From contig CM097885.1 in NCBI GenBank assembly GCA_044892525.1, positions 52,702,001 through 52,766,000 on the forward strand: a stretch of DNA of 64,000 bases. Direction: 5' to 3'. Each line of letters opens with the position of its first letter. Positions within the stretch are counted from its first letter, which is position 1. The DNA is from Schmidtea polychroa. Its lineage: Eukaryota. The notes beneath the pieces were generated by a model. The model was not told where the DNA came from, did not search any database, and saw only the letters and a list, made by a program, of their open reading frames with translations. Shown piece after piece: positions 25,326 through 38,700 of the stretch. A program made the position numbers and the translations under genes.

Positions 25326-26279
25326 TTCTAGTAAAAATCTTAAATTTTGTAAAATTAATAAACTATTAGTAAGTTAAACTTTCAAAAATAATTCAAAGCA
25401 AAAAATTATTTAAACAAATTGATTGATTATATAGATATGTAAATAAAAATGAGAAAAAATTAATAAAAATAATTAAATTAACTTATTTAATGAAATTAAA
25501 TTGTAATTTAAAATACTGAATTCAATTTTTATAAACTAATTATTACTTAGATTTTATATTAAATTCAGATTTAAGAAATCAGTTTCTATACATTCCTTTT
25601 CAAATAAAATTAATAAAAAATGTATTGTTTTCTCAGAAAGTTTTCAGCTGCAAATCTATGCTTATTTACTACATTCAACAAGATACTTCGAACCTATAAC
25701 CTTGATCACATTACAATGCAGATAAAAAATAAAATTTTACTGACTCTTAAATTGATTTTACATTTTTATAATAAACTCAATTGTTAGATAGAAAGATAGC
25801 TAAAAATAGTGCAGTAGTGTTTCTGTGATTTAATATTGTGATGTTAACACTTTGAATATTTTGATTTTATCATTTTACAATAAAATATTACATAATTAGT
25901 TATCGACTATTGTAATTTAATAAACAGATAAACTTTTAATTGCATTTTTTAATGATTATAATATGATAACTATAAAACAAATATGATAGTTACAAGGTTC
26001 TCTAAATTGACCATTAAATCAATATTTAATGACTTAGAAAATTTTATTTTATTCATAAGTCTGTTGGGTTTTATGATATCAAAATTGCCGTTGGTTACTC
26101 TGACTCCACGTGTTCCAAAATTTAACAAAAACAACTCACAACATATTTTTTTTATATTAAATTTACAATTATCGATAAATAACGACACTTTCAGTTACCC
26201 ACAATTTTCTCACAATTTCCTATCGAACTCTGCTCTGGAAGATCTCGACCTTGTACGATGTAAAAATAAAATTCACCTT

Positions 26280-26990
26280 TTTGTTTGATTCCGCTCTCTG
26301 ATCCGAACTCTTTTAATATTCCTTTCGACTCCTCAATTCCTCTTATAATTCTTTTTCTTCTTTTATTTGATTCCTCGAACTCCTATCGTCTGATTCTTCT
26401 TCCCTACCTAAGGCTACCGCCAATTTTGTGAATTTTGAGTTTTTTATATACTTCCATTATCATTGTAATTGCCCCATTTTTGACCTAATTGGTTTTGACT
26501 TCTTTGGTTATCATTCGCTAATTAGCTATTTCTGTTGACCCTCTTCGTAGTTCCCCTTCTTTTGTTTATCTTAGTTTATCCGGTTGTTTGGATAATTGAC
26601 CTCTGAATTCCTCGTTTTGTTTACCCTTCCAAATTGCCGTACTCGGGCTTTCTTCATCGCTCGGGTTCTCCATTGGCTCGGGCTTGCCATTAGCTCGGGT
26701 TTCCCAATAGCTAATTAATTAATTAATTAATATTTTACGTTTTTTCACATTTGTCTGTTTACAACCCTTTCTAAACATTTTCTAACAATTTTTTGCTCAC
26801 TGTCTTCTTCACCATTCCTCCATCTACCCGTCTCCCGTTTTCCAGCTTCAATTTCGATAACTTTTCACTTTATTCCAGTTCCTCAGGTTTGCGCATTTTT
26901 CCATTTCGTGTCTGATTGTACTCTTATATAGTTCTGTTTTACCATATCTTTCGTTGCCATTACTTCTCTGCTTGACCACCATTCAATTTC
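26280..26990 (-). repeat. Diverged inverted copy of the 4671-5600 LTR-like family
   Basis: 26641-26730 (CTCGGG...TTCC repeats plus TAATTAATT) is the reverse complement of 4887-4977, and similarity continues in the flanks. Confidence 0.6.
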
Positions 26991-28197
26991 GGTTTTCCTT
27001 TTAATCTGAACTATATAATTTAATATTTTACTTTTAAAACCTCAGCAAGTCTTTAAAAAATATATTATTCAAACAAACAATTTTTCAAATTTAACTAAAT
27101 AGAAATAATATTCCGAGAAATGTAATTATACAATTTCAACATACCACGTACATACGAATATATAATAATATTTTTAAGTACATCTTACAATAACCAAAGT
27201 TCGAATCCATAAAATTGTATTTCACAACAATTATATTCAAAGAATATTTCCGGATTTTTCCTTTTCAATTTTGAATAAAAACTTCAAATAACAATTAAAT
27301 TTTTCAGACAAATAAAATTGGAAATGGTATTAAAGGGAATAAAGTAAAGGCAAAACTTTCTATTCATTCAATAACTTTATCTACCACCAGCGCCGGGTCT
27401 ATGGTTCTATGTACCCTATGCAATTTTTTGTGTCCTTTTTGTTTGAATTTAAAAAATTGTACATGTGGAAGATAAGTAAATAAATGTAAAAGACAAAAGG
27501 TTTTATTTTTTACGCGTAAAATAATTTATTTAAATAATTAATAAAACAATTACAAGTTCTATTATAAAAAAATATAAAAAATTCTTCTATTATTTCTTTA
27601 GTGTCAATTTTTTCACAAATGTCGTTTTCAATCGTTATCATCAATCGTTATTAGGGGTGTTGGCGTATGTGGAGAAGAAAGAAAAATATGCATGCCTTTC
27701 CATCACACCTATCAAGCATCATCGCTCCGTTATACATTTTCTACACATACTCCAAATGATTAATTGCATATTCCCACATATGAGCCCATGGTGATGTTCC
27801 ATGTTGGTGCTGCTCACACGGGTCGGAAAAAGGTTAGCAGGTGAGCCCCTGCCTTAGGACTACTCCTAACCCTTTCTCGGTTCGGGTCCTACGGTGCCTT
27901 AGAAGGACTTACCCACATACATGCGTATCACTCGGTCTGATCCTGGTCCAAAGGAACAACCTTCAACCCTAATTACCTTCATTCCGCAGCATTATCTCAT
28001 CTACTCTAATTGCACAAACAAATATATGAAAGCTCGACAAAACTAAAATCAAACAGAAAATTTTATTGACACTGAAACGATAAAAATATCAATTCCACTA
28101 ACAGATCAACAGCAGTCAAAAATATATAACATTAGCAGAATTCACAAGGTAATTTACAACTCGATGAAGAGAAAATCAAGCTCAATTGTACGTCGCA

Positions 28198-28959
28198 TTA
28201 GACAAAGTCATCCCCACCGGCAAGCATCTCATCTATGTCGACCGGTAATCGGCTATCTACAATATATTTGATGCCCTCGGCCGGAACAATGCGGAAGGTT
28301 TCTTTCGAGGGGATTGAATGGGTGGACGATATTTCTTGGATTTTCGATTGCGCCGCCGATAAGGACGCCTCGAGTGCTGTCATCGCATCTCGGCGTTTTT
28401 GATTCTTCTCGGCTCGAGTTGGCCGTTTCCGTTTGCGGGTAGTCGGGGGGTTTTCTGTGTTCGTGGTGCCGATTGGTGCTACCAATATTGGAGCTAAGAT
28501 GGGATCGGTAGGTCCACCTGTCTTTGGCTGGTGACTTGACAACACCGGGGCTGGAATGGGCGGCAGTTGTGAGCCGTGCCCCTGACAGTTCGAACTGGAA
28601 GATGTAGAAGACTGGTGGTGAAGGGGAAAGACATTCATCCCATCCAGAACGGGAAATTCTCGCACCCGCTTAGCCAATTCTGCCTCCGTATATACCTTAT
28701 GGAGGGCTTCTGATTGTGCTTTGATAGTGAGCCGCTGGCAACGGCTTTCCTCTAGCAGGCTATCCCTGCAATGCTCTAATCGGAGAATTTTCTTGCGTTC
28801 CTCTTTCATTTGTGGCGGGGAGAACCACGTTCCTTCATAGAGATCAATTCTCTTTTTGAGAGCCCCGATATATAAGTGCAGTTGGGCGATATCCGCGTTC
28901 TTGTCCGCACAAGAAAAACACGGGCGAAGTTCTTTGGCTTTGTTGGACGATGTAGCCAT
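28198..28959 (-). CDS. Orphan 253-aa protein (CxxC, coiled coil, Pro/Ser-rich linker, basic NLS-like motif) in a GC-rich island
   Basis: Uninterrupted ATG-TAA ORF, much more GC-rich than its flanks. An acceptor-like ttttctag abuts the ATG. AATAAA lies on the minus strand ~130 nt past the stop. RKRKRP motif. Confidence 0.55.
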   Translation of the reverse strand: MATSSNKAKELRPCFSCADKNADIAQLHLYIGALKKRIDLYEGTWFSPPQMKEERKKILRLEHCRDSLLEESRCQRLTIKAQSEALHKVYTEAELAKRVREFPVLDGMNVFPLHHQSSTSSSSNCQGHGSQLPPIPAPVLSSHQPKTGGPTDPILAPILVAPIGTTNTENPPTTRKRKRPTRAEKNQKRRDAMTALEASLSAAQSKIQEISSTHSIPSKETFRIVPAEGIKYIVDSRLPVDIDEMLAGGDDFV

Positions 28960-31019
28960 CTAGAAAATCAATCATTGTTTAAGTTTACTCGAAAAAACCT
29001 CTATCGGTGCGATAAAATCAAATTTTTGGGGCATGGTTTTGGAGTTTTATCAAACATACCACCCAACGATGACCCACACACCTCTTCATCCATCTCTATT
29101 CGCGGTCATTCAGTTGCAAGCATTCAAATCTCTTCACCTGATTCGTGTAAATTAAGAAAAGGAAACGGGGATTTCATACACAAAATTCTCTCTACATAAA
29201 TCTCGCCCTTTGGATTTGCTTTCGGATGGGACAATTCCCAGGTAAAACTCGTCTTTTACTTTATTCCCTTCAACCTTGTTTCCCTTAGTATATTTTTATT
29301 TAAAAATTTGCCGATATCATTATAGCAATCCGTCGACGTAGGTGGGCGTAAAGATTACCGAAAGTTAATTCATGGCGACTGATAATTATTACTAATTTTG
29401 GCTCGCTCAAAATTATAGAATTAATCAGGTAATCAGGTAAAAATTTAGTTCTAAATTTAAATCTAATTGATTTAAATAACGCGTCGAAAGCGTCACCATG
29501 GAGACATCTACTTGTAATTATGCAATACCATTAAATGTTTAGGTGTGTCGATACTCTTAGTGGCATCTGTGCCTGTGTTGGCTATCACCGCTAATGAGTA
29601 TTTTATGCTGTTATGAGAGGGTATTAGATGTTGAGTGCGTGGGGAAAATACCTTCCTATACACCAGCCTACTGTCTCACTGCTCTGGAAAAGTTCATATT
29701 ATCATGCCGCTATTATATCACCAAAAATCGTGGATTTACTTTTACACTGCCCTATGTAGCCTTGACTGTGGTGTGCGTGTGTATGTGCATTCTCAAGTCG
29801 GAATAATAGGGGTTGCGTAATAGATTCCTCAAACAAGCAGCCGTAGACGAATCGGAAAGTCAGATTAATCAATCTGAGTAGGCGACATATTAGTAGATGA
29901 TTGAGTAAGCTCGATGTTATTATCTAATTCTCTTTCACGATATTAATTCAGGCCAATGACTATCAGCTTATCCATTTGACATTCCCCCAGAAAAACCGAC
30001 ACGTTATCTCTTTCTCTAGGACATTATCAGCTATCTCCTGTCGACTAACTCTACGCTGGCTAATGTAAATCAACTGATTTTGTTATCGTTGGCAACTATT
30101 GCCTGCGAGCTCGAAGTGAGGATTTTGATAATTTCACTGCAAGATGTTTACTTCCCTGTCAGCGAGAGATTTTTTATCACTGGCATTGGCGATTCAAGGA
30201 CGACAATTCAATCGTAAGAGTACATCGACAATGGATGTAGCCGCTAACGTCCTGACGGCACAAATCAGACAGAGCCTTACAAATGCAGTACGTTACCGAA
30301 AAATCGTTGGATTTACTCGCAATCTATGGTCATCACTGTTCTTTCCTAACTACGTCGATCGACAGGCTGAATATCACGAAAAATTTTCTCCTAGCTATGT
30401 GGATTATTATCGAATCAGTACGAACGTCACTGCCTATCTCGATCTGAATTGCCTGCATTCGGAATTTAAATCATCTCTACAACTATTGGAAATCTCGGTG
30501 TGACTAAATGAACCGATGGTACGCTCTATGGACGATCGCGCTTGATGAAGGAAATTTCACTTCTCAACTGGATTTTCCACCTACTGAGTTTCTTCACCCC
30601 TCATGACACACCCAAGAAGGCATTCATTGCTGCCACCTTCTTGCACCGTCATGAGGGACCAATCAACTCGTTTCCATTCAATTAAATCAACAATAAAATA
30701 ATCAAACTGAATGATAGGTAAATGCATAAATAAAATTTACCCGGCGACCATATCATTTGGACTCCAAGTATGATGTTGCTCATCCTACGTAATCGAAACC
30801 TCATCGTCTCCTTGGTGGATCTCTAATATGACAAATATCACTCTCTACAAATATCACATTCTCCTTTCAGCATGTTCGTGATTTCTTATGCATACCAACC
30901 TTCCCACGGTGGTGTCCTCTACTGCAGCACAATTCCAACTCGTCCACATCATACTGGGAGCTCTCAGATGGTACAGTCGCCGGTACCATGAAGAAAGGCA
31001 GCTTTTCATTTAAATAAAT

Positions 31020-31886
31020 TTATTGTATGAAATTGTTTTTATTATATTTATAACAATTAACGAAATTAAACTAACAACCATAAATAAAGCAACTGTCGAG
31101 ACATACCTTGAGTTTCGAAAAACTGGAGTTAAATCGGTTGAATTTAAAATTTTTCCTGAATGGATTTGTGGTTTGGCCTCTATATATTCCTTCCTCGGTT
31201 TGGTTTGGTAGTCTCTGAACTAGTTCGCTCTAGGATAATTTAGTTGAAGGTTCCGAAATCTGTGAAGTCTGTAGAATATTTTTTAAAAGTGGTCATAACG
31301 AACCAAAGTTTACCTGTAGAATATTTTTTAAAAGTGGTACTCTACAGATATTTTCCGTTCCTTATATATTATTTTTCGTCCAATCAGGACACGACTTGTT
31401 TGTATTTTTACTATTTATTATTATTTTTATGTTTTTTATTATAATATATTAGATTTTAATGACTTAACTTATTTCTTATTATTATTTTATTTATTTTCTT
31501 ATTTTTATTATTTTCCTCCTATTTTTCCTGTGGATTTATTGCTACTTTATTGTAATATAATTTTTTGTTTTAATTAGACTTAAAGATAGTTTTATTTTTA
31601 TTTATTTCTTAAATTTCTCGTTTATTTGTTGTCACTTTTTTACTTATTCTATTCTATTTCATCTGCTGGGTCCTAAATCGCTTTATTTCTAAATCTTAAG
31701 GGGTTTATTGGGTTTTATTTAGTTTGTTTTGCTTATTCTTATTCTCTTATTGATATTTTATTGTTCCTTTTTGATTTATTAGTGAGAATTTGATGGCACT
31801 TTACATTTTTATTTCACTCCGTTCACTTCTCAAGGATTACCTTTCCATCCGCTCCAGTTTTCGAAACTCCGCGTTTTAGCCCAACA
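31020..31886. mobile_element. LTR-like sequence related to the 62291 element
   Basis: Ends TTAGCCCAACA, matching in reverse complement the TGTTGGGCTA start at 62291; strongly strand-skewed body. The left boundary is uncertain. Confidence 0.4.
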
Positions 31887-31892
31887 GGGGTA

Positions 31893-33650
31893 AAAAAATT
31901 TATTAATGAAATGTAACAAATGCATAATCAATATGCAAGGAAAAATACAGTAGGCAAGCTGTATGGGGTGGAAGAGAGGACTGTCAAATGACAATATCCA
32001 TAAAGAAATAAACGGCATCCTGGGTGAAGGTACAGTTTGCCTCAGAACATGCTCCGACTGGGTAGCCAAATTCAAGAGTTGGAACTTTGTCGATGAAGAT
32101 GCACGCAGTGGACAATCGTCATACGATCTGGAGAGGAGATTCAAGTTGTTTTTAATGAAGATTCGTTAATGCAAATTGTTGAGAGCATTGAGATCGTGAG
32201 AAGACGATTAATTCAAATGGGAAAGCAATACCCGTGAAACGTATCGATTCTATATGCGGTAACAACTGAAGCAAAGATGAGAAGAGTTACAGCATGTGAA
32301 CTCCTAGGCAAGCTGTATGGGGTGTTCTATTTGCTTGTTTGTCATTTTATGGATGCGGGCACAATCATCCATTTACTTTTTCGTGTGTCATTGATAGAAA
32401 CCTCTATGATTCTCATATGTTTCTCTGGAACCTTTGATAACTCGTTCTATCATCTTGGCTTTTATGGGCATGTATTCTTCAAATCTGAGGCCCAATTTTC
32501 TGAATACATCATTGTTCCGTATGTCCTATGTTTCGAGGGAGCACACTACGAATGTTTCCACTGATGTGTATATATTTGTTGCTTCTTGTATATCTTGTGC
32601 TAATCTTTTGTATTTTGTCTGGTTTTTTGTTCTTTATGCTTCTATTGTTAATTTGTCATCGAAAGGGCATTTTTTATCTATTATCATTATATGTTTTTTG
32701 TTCTGACTACGATGTCTGGCTTTAGCATTTCTTTGGCATCCTTGGGTTTTTTCTCTGTTTCAAAGTTTATTTGTTTGATTCTTAGTATTTCTTCTAGAGC
32801 ATTTTGAATTTCGTTATGCTTGTTAGTCCTCATTTTTGTTCCTCTTACGCACATGTTTAGTACATGAATGAATGATTCACGCGGGTTTTCGTAGTTTCTG
32901 CATTTTGTCCTTCCTAGTCTTCCTCCTTGATTGGACTGCTTCATATTAAAGTCTAGCATGTTAGCTCTAGCCTTAATTATGAAGCGCCATTCGTAATCTT
33001 TGAGGTTTTTAGGCATTTTCCACTCTGTATATTCCGATTGTGGTAGTCTGAGTATATGACCTTGGCAGTTTGCTACAGTCCATTTTTGGAAATATGCTTC
33101 TCGATTCATCCAGTGGAGCTTTTTTGAGGCTTCATCTAGGTAAGGTGGGAATACTTCTTCTGTTTTTTCTTGTGAGTTGCATTTGATATTGCATCCTATA
33201 CCAATGTTTCTCATTATAAAAGTTACCTTTATATTATGATCTTTATAGAGTTGGAGGATTGCGTTTTTATTCTATCTAGCCAGGAGTTTTTAGCGGTATT
33301 GGATCTTTTATGTATATATGTCCCATCTAGCCATTTTAATGCGTCTGACAATGAATTGATAGGACTTTCTGTTCTGGTTTTGGCTACATCAATCAATTCT
33401 TCTGCGATTATGTTTACGATTGCCGTTCATTAATTTTAGGAATCTTCCTTTTGCTTGGATTATTTGTTCATCGACAATTTTAGTGATTCCAATTCCTCCT
33501 TTTTCTTTTGGGGAATAAAAGATTGCGTCAATCAATGGGCTTTTATGTTGTAAATCTAGCACTTGTTTATCTTTGATCATCATTTTGATCTTATTGTCAA
33601 AGTTTTCGGCATTAGTTTTTGTTATTTCTTCTGCTTGTAGTGTAAATATG
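31893..33650 (-). mobile_element. 5'-truncated non-LTR retrotransposon with restriction-like endonuclease (R2/NeSL/R4 group)
   Basis: KEKGGIGI, EWRFIIKARANML, degenerate CCHC knuckle (KCR...ESFIHVLNMC), KHNEIQ, LKPDIVV...IIDKKCPFD. AATAAA near 31900. Frameshifted. Confidence 0.8.
31969..32306 (+). repeat. Near-identical copy of mariner internal fragment 20514-20850
   Basis: The sequence matches apart from a couple of substitutions and is flanked by the direct repeat TAGGCAAGCTGTATGGGGTG. Confidence 0.9.
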
Positions 33651-33699
33651 AATTTAAAATCTTTAAAAAATTGCTTGTTCTACTACGATGTTTAGTAGT

Positions 33700-34300
33700 T
33701 CATGAATTAGACGGTGCTCTGGGGCCATTAAAACCAGATCATCTGCATATGAGAGGATGCTTATTTTTTCTCATGCAATTTGGACACATTTTCCACTATC
33801 TATTGCTGCTTGGATTAGGTATTGGATACATAGACTGAAAATTGTCATTGACAGTGGGCATCTTGTCTTACTCCTTTTATCAGTTTGATTTCGCTAGCAC
33901 ACAATTGTAGCACATACACTTATAGCACGCAATTGACTAGTGATCCATCCGCAGCCATGATACCCCATTCTGTATAAATCGTTTCTTCGCAATTCTGGTT
34001 GACACAACTAATTTGAAACATTCCGAGTCGATCAATGCTTTCACGAACTCCACATTGACTATGACCGAAGTAAACTGCAGCGCCATTATATTCATGCTAG
34101 AGTAGATGCTGGCGCACGCGCTACTCCTTTGGCATTTCCCGACTCTGAATTCCTGGTACACTCCTTTGCAACGTGACCCTCTTCTTCACATAGCCAGCAC
34201 TTCTTTCCTTGTTTCTTGAAACAACGTTTTTCTAGATGGCCATTCTTTCCGCAATACGAGAATTTCTCTTACTTGTCTTGTTTTCCCATGATAGCCGAGC
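33700..34300 (-). pseudogene. LTR-retrotransposon gag zinc knuckle and protease remnant
   Basis: CWLCEEEGHVAKEC (CX2CX4HX4C) at ~34158-34199, then VKALIDSEC (degenerate D-S/T-G). Confidence 0.75.
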
Positions 34301-34385
34301 ATAGTTCCAAATCACAGTAGCTAGAAAATTATTCTGTGAGCAAAATAGATGCGATTAAGGTCAATCTATGTTCAAACAATAGTTT

Positions 34386-34900
34386 TTGAATAGGGAAAAT
34401 ATTTCAAAAAAGTCTTCATCGATGATGAGAGTAGTTGGCGGTGCGAGAAAGACATCGTTTGATTCCTTCGGCGAGATTCTGGTGAATGAAATAATTGAAC
34501 TTAGAATAATGAAAATAAAGGTTACAAAAACCCTAATATCTGATCTTAGGCTTTCCTTGGCTGAGCAGTATAATATTGTTTTAAAAGTAACAGGCAATTG
34601 GATCTCGGGTTTTATGGCAAGAAATGGCCTTTCGCTTAGAAGAACTACGAATTTCACAACCCTATCTGGTAAGCAGCTGATATCTCGCCATTAACTACAT
34701 GCATTATCCTCAACATATGGTCTTTATTATTAATTTATCTAAAACATTGTTTATGAATGAAACTACCGTTTACTTTTACAATCGAACTCAAACGGTTGAT
34801 TTAAGGGGCCTCAAGCATGTCATCATGAAGTCAACAGGATTTGCTTCTATAAGGATAACTATCAGTTTTAGCAAATGGTAGAAGGGCAGTCCTCCTGGTA
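34386..34900 (+). pseudogene. pogo/Tc2-like transposase remnant
   Basis: CENP-B-type HTH (GNWISGFMARNGLSLRRTTN) and start of the DDE domain (FMNETTVYF...VIMKSTG); frameshifted. Confidence 0.75.
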
Positions 34901-35755
34901 ATATACAAATGCAAAGATTCACAATACATTATAAAAAGTCATAAAAATGTCAATATCACTCAGTTATGAATCACAGAAATGTGTCCTCTTAATACGGCAT
35001 TGTGATTGTTTGATTGGTCTACACAGGATATCCACATACGGAGTCCAACATATTCGCGAGACAACGAGAAAAGCCAAAGCAACTGTTTAAGAAAAAGTAA
35101 ATTTGCTTTTTTGCGTGAAAACTTGCGGATTCACAGGCGATCGACTATATATCATTACACGATCGACAAGTCAATCGCGACCGACTTTATGGGCGCCACT
35201 GCGTTTTATTAATGTCATTGTTTAATTTCATATTAATTAATATATTTTCATTTATCATTTATAAAATAATCTATAATTTTATATTACAAAAAATTACATA
35301 AAAAAGTTTCCGAAAATTGCACTAAATTGAAACACTTGAAATTTCCGAAAGTTGAAATCAGAAAGTTCAAATATTTTTCAGTGAATATTAGCCATAACTA
35401 ATAAATTTGCGCTATCCGTAATTAAATCTCAACCAGCCTGGGCAACACAAAAAAACACCAATTTTTTTGTATTTTTACGTTTTAATATCAATATTTGTTT
35501 TATTGTTTGTCAATATTTTCATAAATAATTCTCTATTATTGCAAGTACGATATCTTATTAATAAGTACGAGGGGTTATTAATAATAAATTTTGTGAATTT
35601 TATAAACAAGTTTACATGCGTACTTGCGTATTTTTTTTAAAATCAAAAAGTTCGTATGTAACTTAGGTACATTTGGTTTGACTTTGACATACGCTGATAA
35701 ATCATTTGTTTATTATATATTGTTAATAAGATTTTTATTCATTGTTATTCAAAAG

Positions 35756-38700
35756 ATGTCTTTAAAGTTGTCTCTTGTGCGATTTTTGGAAGAACACCGA
35801 GGACTTGTTGTTGTGATGTTTTGTTTACCGGCGTCGTTTATGTTCGGCATCCTCATGAATTTCAGGGCTTATTTGTTGCAGTTATTTTCCAAGTTTTCTG
35901 GTTCACATTTGGATAGAGTTCGAAAAATTCAAAATCAAGTATTTCTGATTCATTTTATATAAGATGAAACATTATGATAATTATTTATCTAATTTTTTGA
36001 TACCATTTTATATAAAATATTTGAAATTAGTAAATATATATTAAATGTTATATTCATTATTTAAAAATATGTTGTTTTAATCGACAATGTTTTATGAATA
36101 TTTATTTCAATTAAGATTCGAAAGTGGAACGAAATACCTAAAGAAAATAGAAAATTACTCTGTAACTCAAGACCTAATTGGTTGTCACTTTCGACAACCT
36201 TCTTCAAAAAAGAAGAATGCCATAAAATTGAAATTCCTCTTGTTCAAATTTTAGAATTCAATGAAATTAAAAGAACAGTAACAGTTGAACCATACGTGAC
36301 AGTTGGACAAATAACGGATTATTTAGTTAAAAAAAAATTTGTTTTGGCTTGTACGTTAGAAATATCCGATGCTACTTGCGGAGGACTGGCAATGGGAGTT
36401 GGGATGACTACTCATTCTCATAAAGTCGGTTTGTTTCAAGTATTTCAATTAAGTTAATTCCGGTTTTTGTTTTAATTTATCAAATAGGAAACTATTGTCT
36501 CATATGGATTAGTTTTATCAGATGGATCATTTATACACGTTGAAAAGGATAATGAATACTCAGATTTATATCATTGCCTTCCTTGGTCGCATGGATCATT
36601 GGGATTTTTAGTTTCACTAGAACTAAAGGTAATACTTTATAAATTGACTAAAGCAAAATTCACTTTTATTTTTAAGTGCATACATAAGTTTATATAAGTG
36701 ATTTAAATTCACAAAACAGTTTACAAATACCAAACTCTTTCTAAATTGCATTTTTAATAACAATTTTTAAGTTAAAAAAAAAGTTAAGTTTTTATTTCTC
36801 ATTTTGTAATTTATGAATATAACATGACAATATTTTACTTTTATTAAAAAATATTTTGATTTTTTGTTTTAATGTTTTATTAGTCAAAATGTCCTTTCAC
36901 CTTAGTTTTCAATTTTGTAACAATGATTCAATAGATTTTTGGGTGCCACTATGGCATGGAGTCTAGGCTAATGATATAATATTGTAATGATATATAATTA
37001 TAATTTAACATTATAATGTAATTCAATTTACTTTTTTAAAATTTCAGATTTCAATGTATTTCCGTGAATTTTATTTTAGTATCATCCTTAATGAAGTAAC
37101 GCGAGACAATTTCTACTATATTATGAGCTTTTACATAGGCAACATTCATGTAAATAACAAGCACATATCGCCCAAAATATTACTCCAAACACCGTTGAGA
37201 TACCCAAGCCTACCAAAAGTTATTTACATAATGCAGTTTATAATGAACGTTTGCAGTGCAAATATGAACAACAATGGGAACAAAGGTCACCAACACCTTC
37301 AACATGCTGCATGCGCACATATACAAACAGACACACACAGAGTATGACTACTCACGCCAGACACACAACAGTGATAACACTGAGTCATGTTAATGAAGAA
37401 TGGTCATTTTCTTAGAATATGGCTACTCGGAGAGACCTTACAGACTTTCAGAAAGACATTATTTACGGATGTTACCTTTGTGGAAAAAGTTAAAGTGAAA
37501 CTGCTGCATTGACTGACCATCTCAAAGGAACTATTAACTACTTCCTGAGGAAGTACGACCAGGAGCAGACACATGTCAACAAGCAACGTTCAGGCTGCCC
37601 TAAACCTCTGAGAATCCGTACATAACTGCTGCTGGACCGACTTGTGATGGCTCATCGTCGGTTTCCCCTGTCTAAGTTAGTGTACTTATTTAACACTGGC
37701 CCTGTGCATGCTAGCATGTCCACCATTCATTGCGCATTACATTTTCATGGTTTCTATGGCAAATACTACTCAATGAAGCCTTTGATTATAGAAACAATTC
37801 GTCGTCATCACTTGAAGTGGTGCCGAGAGAGAAGGAGTTGGACAGCAGAACAATGGCGCTCAGTCATTTGGAGTGATGAATCACGTTTCACTCTTTTCAA
37901 ATCTGATGGACAGCAATTCTGCTGGTGTCGTGTAGGAGAACGATTTCACCCTGACTGTTTTGAGCCAACTGTGAAATATGAAGAAAATAAAGGTTTTTAA
38001 ATGTATTTTTAAAGAAACTATTGTCATGAAAATGACGAAATATCATCACAAGAATTATTTTGGAGTTAAAATTAAGTTAAATATTCATTAGAATTTCTGA
38101 TATTTGTTTTAGAAATATTTTAGAAAAATACATTTTTGGCGATTTATTTAATTATTTAATTATAATTAAAAATATATCTGACTTATATTATATCAAAATA
38201 ATTCCAAAATTGTAATTATAAAATAAATTCATAAAATCCTAAAAAAACCTGAAAATTAATTAAAAATGATTTATTACACAAATGTTGACTAAAAGTAATA
38301 TTTAAGAACTTTGATTTCTTCCAATTTCACCACTGATTCTTTTTTCCCTTGAATTTAATAAAAAGAGTTTGAAGACTTTAAATCGGTAATATATCGATGT
38401 TTGTTGATATTCACGAATTTTCGACACTGCCTTTTTCAAGTGAATTTTTTCAAAAATATTTAAGAACTTGAATAATGATCTCATATCTATATGGATCAAA
38501 ATTCAAATCTTAAAATTTACTTAAAATTAAACATTTTACCTGAAAGCCATTTCAAAATTGTCTAAAATAAATTTCTAGAAATGAAATTTATTAAATTGAT
38601 GAGACGATCTAATGATGTACACACTAACCATCGCTATTGAAAATGTATCTCAGTGGTGTTTGGTATAGAATAAGTGTATTTTTGAAGTCTTGGGATGAAT

